DNA of 63,991 bases, counting the filler, from Trypethelium eluteriae (taxonomy: Eukaryota): the NCBI GenBank assembly GCA_051942245.1. It is 3 parts of 3 records of this genome, joined end to end, with 100 filler letters (N's around TTAATTAATTAA, not from the genome) between each part and the next. Parts side by side here need not be neighbours in the genome. Positions count along the whole stretch, not along the records: positions 47,098 to 63,991 come from JAVECL010000607.1; 2 more parts are not named here. The stretch is one strand, 5' to 3'. The notes below the pieces were generated by a model. That model saw only the letters and a program-made list of their open reading frames with translations, was not told the DNA's origin and searched no databases. Below, one piece after another: positions 61,615 through 63,991 of this stretch (positions within the stretch are counted from its first letter, which is position 1; each line of letters starts with the position of its first letter). A program made the position numbers and the translations under genes.

Positions 61615-63469
61615 ATGTCTCTCAAGCAGGTACGGCAAAGCACTTAGTCTCCGAGCTTAATATGCCGTGCTGGTGGCTGACAGGAACAGGAAATTGAGAC
61701 ATGGGTGAAGGCGATGGAACATTATGACAAGAATGAATTCGACGAGGCACTCAAAGACTTCGATTCGATTGCGGATACGTCAAAGATACTCTTCAACTGT
61801 GGAGTCATCCATGCAACACTGGGAGAGCATGAAAGAGCCGTAAGTCTAGGTCGGAAGCATTGGCAGAATTGAGTTGACAGTATTAGGTCGAATGCTATCA
61901 GCGCTCCGTGAAGCTCGATCAATATCTGGCCGTTGCCTACTTCCAGCAAGGTGTTTCGAACTTTCTGATGGGCGATTTTGAGGAGGCATTGGCCAACTTC
62001 AATGATACTCTACTGTATCTGCGAGGCAATAACAGTATTGACTATGATCAATTGGGCCTTAAATTCAAGCTCTATGCATGCGAAACACTGTTCAACCGGG
62101 GGCTGTGTTACATTTACTTGCAGCAGATGGACGCAGGTATGCAGGATCTACAATTCGCTGCGAATGAGAAGGCAAATCCGGATCACGATGTTATCGACGA
62201 GGCAATCCGGGAGCAAGCCGAGGTTTGTCATGCCCAACCATATCCTGGTAACTGTTCCTAACATACGTAGGGATACACTGTCTTTTCCATACCCGTTGGA
62301 ATCATTTACAGACCGAATGCTGCAAAGGTCAAGAATTTGAAGACGAAGGACTACTTGGGCAAAGCCCGTCTCGTCGCCGCTACCGAGAGAAGCAATACAT
62401 TCACTGGCTTTACTGGAGCCGAAATGAAGAAACAATCGACCGGTGGGGCAGCAGACGATCGACCAGACGACAAGATTTCGTTCGCCGCGTCCAATCTCGT
62501 CAAACCTGGTATCACAAGTCGAAGACAACAATCCGAGCCACCTCTCAACCGCAATGTCTTCCCTCCGACACCACCGCCTGAGAGCGAGAGCAACCCAAAG
62601 GCCAGCAGAGATAAACGTGGATCTGACGAGCCGACGACCAGGGAGTTACCTAGTAGAGCACAATCTGTCAAAGCTGGTCCCAAACCTCCAAGACTCGAGC
62701 TTGGCGCTGCAGCATTTCCCAGCGCCTCTCCCACCAAACCACGCATGGGTACTACTCGATCAGCTTCAGAACGGCCTCGAGCTAGAGAAGACATGACGCC
62801 CCCCTCTAGGAGCAGGGACATGGGCCCATCCAGTAACAGCGGTAGGAGCAGGCAGGAGCCGCCTCGACGTCGGTACGCCGAAGAGAACGAATCCGACTCC
62901 TACCCCGACGATGTGTATGACATGTACAGTCGGAACAGTGGCCCGCGATCGCGGAACCAGCGGCCTATGTACATTGACGAGGAAGAAGAGGACTTTGACG
63001 ATGATTATTCTGGTGAAGACGTTGAGTTCGACATGGTCTCCAACTCGCGCCAACAGTCTCGCACTCAAAGTCGACGAGAGCCCCTCTCGGGTAGCAGTAG
63101 CGGCGGCTTCGGGCGGCAATCGTCACGACGACAGGAAGTCAGCAAGATTCGCGTCAAGGTCCACGCTGACGATACTCGGTACGTCATGATCGGACCGGCG
63201 GTCGAGTTCTTGGATTTCATCGATCAGATTCGCGCCAAGTTTGGTCTTAGGCGGAATTTCAAAGTGAAGATCAACGATGATGGCGACATGATTACGATGG
63301 GAGATCAAGACGATCTAGACATGTCTATATCAACCTGCAGGAAGCAGGCGCAGAGAGAGAAGGCGGACATGGGAAAGATGGAGGTATGCTTTCTCTCACA
63401 TTCCCTGGCAATCTATAGTGAGCATTACTAACTTATGACACTTCATAGGTGTGGCTGGAAGTGGTGTAA
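61615..63469 (+). CDS. noxR: NADPH oxidase regulator (p67phox homologue)
   Basis: MSLKQ|EIETWV, TPR repeats (LDQYLAVAYFQQGVSNF), KNLKTKDYLGKARL, FPPTPPPE and a C-terminal PB1 domain; four introns. Confidence 0.96.
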
Positions 63470-63991
63470 TGTGGGGCGATATATACCCTGAGGCATGGCT
63501 CCTTCATTGCGACGAGTTTCCTTTGAACGAGAGCACGTGCGAATGAAATTTAGCGCCAGGTGTTGGGGTTTTTTTGTTCTATTCGAAGCATTCACATTTT
63601 GGAATTCATCTGGCTGCATTCATGGAAATATAGGGAGCATAGCCATCACTGTTCAAGTAGATCAATATTATGCACATTAAGTAATTGTATGCCAGAGGCA
63701 ACAGTCAGCTCGTGAACTCATCCGGTTGACCTACCACACTTGTGAGGTAATTTCAATAGCTCATCCATGCGACTGGAAAACCACCCAGATCTCCCAAATT
63801 CCAAACTTTCCCACCGTCATTAATTGGATCCGTATTCGTCATACCCATGAACCTTAGGCATCAAATCATACACATCGCACACACACCCTTACAGCAATTT
63901 ACGCACTTTTCTTCTCAGCCGAATCTTCCGTCCCTTCTACTATCCTCCCCTCCGCATCCCGCTCACCCCCCGTCTCTTCTTGCTTTCCACC

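Overview
Gene-dense eukaryotic DNA from a filamentous ascomycete (Pezizomycotina-type genes with short introns of about 45-90 nt). It consists of three contigs joined by two 100-nt artificial N-TTAATTAATTAA-N spacers. About 26 protein genes are supported, mostly housekeeping: a Zn2Cys6 transcription factor, a GGCT, ARG2, SMC2, ORC4 (partial), IRS4 (partial), LIG4, URM1, ELP2, IMP1, a JMJD7-like hydroxylase, a GNAT, three mitoribosomal proteins, NSE1 (partial), a LON/RING protein, RICTOR, uricase, CCS1 and NoxR. Accessory-looking genes are a Tri101-like acyltransferase and a polyol dehydrogenase / SDR / MFS block. No tRNA, rRNA, CRISPR or autonomous transposon was seen. Main observations: (1) a 183-nt fold-back palindrome filling most of a 240-nt MFS intron; (2) URM1 and ELP2, the two arms of tRNA wobble-U34 modification, head-to-head on a 221-bp shared promoter; (3) a LAD-like plus LXR3-like polyol pair with altered specificity residues; (4) an 11-nt frame-breaking insert at a splice junction of the JMJD7-like gene; (5) an unannotated F-box-like pseudogene; (6) a CaaX box encoded only by a 31-nt terminal exon; (7) a UaY/AreA-like uricase promoter. 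All calls are by eye from motif recognition, and exon boundaries were derived manually.
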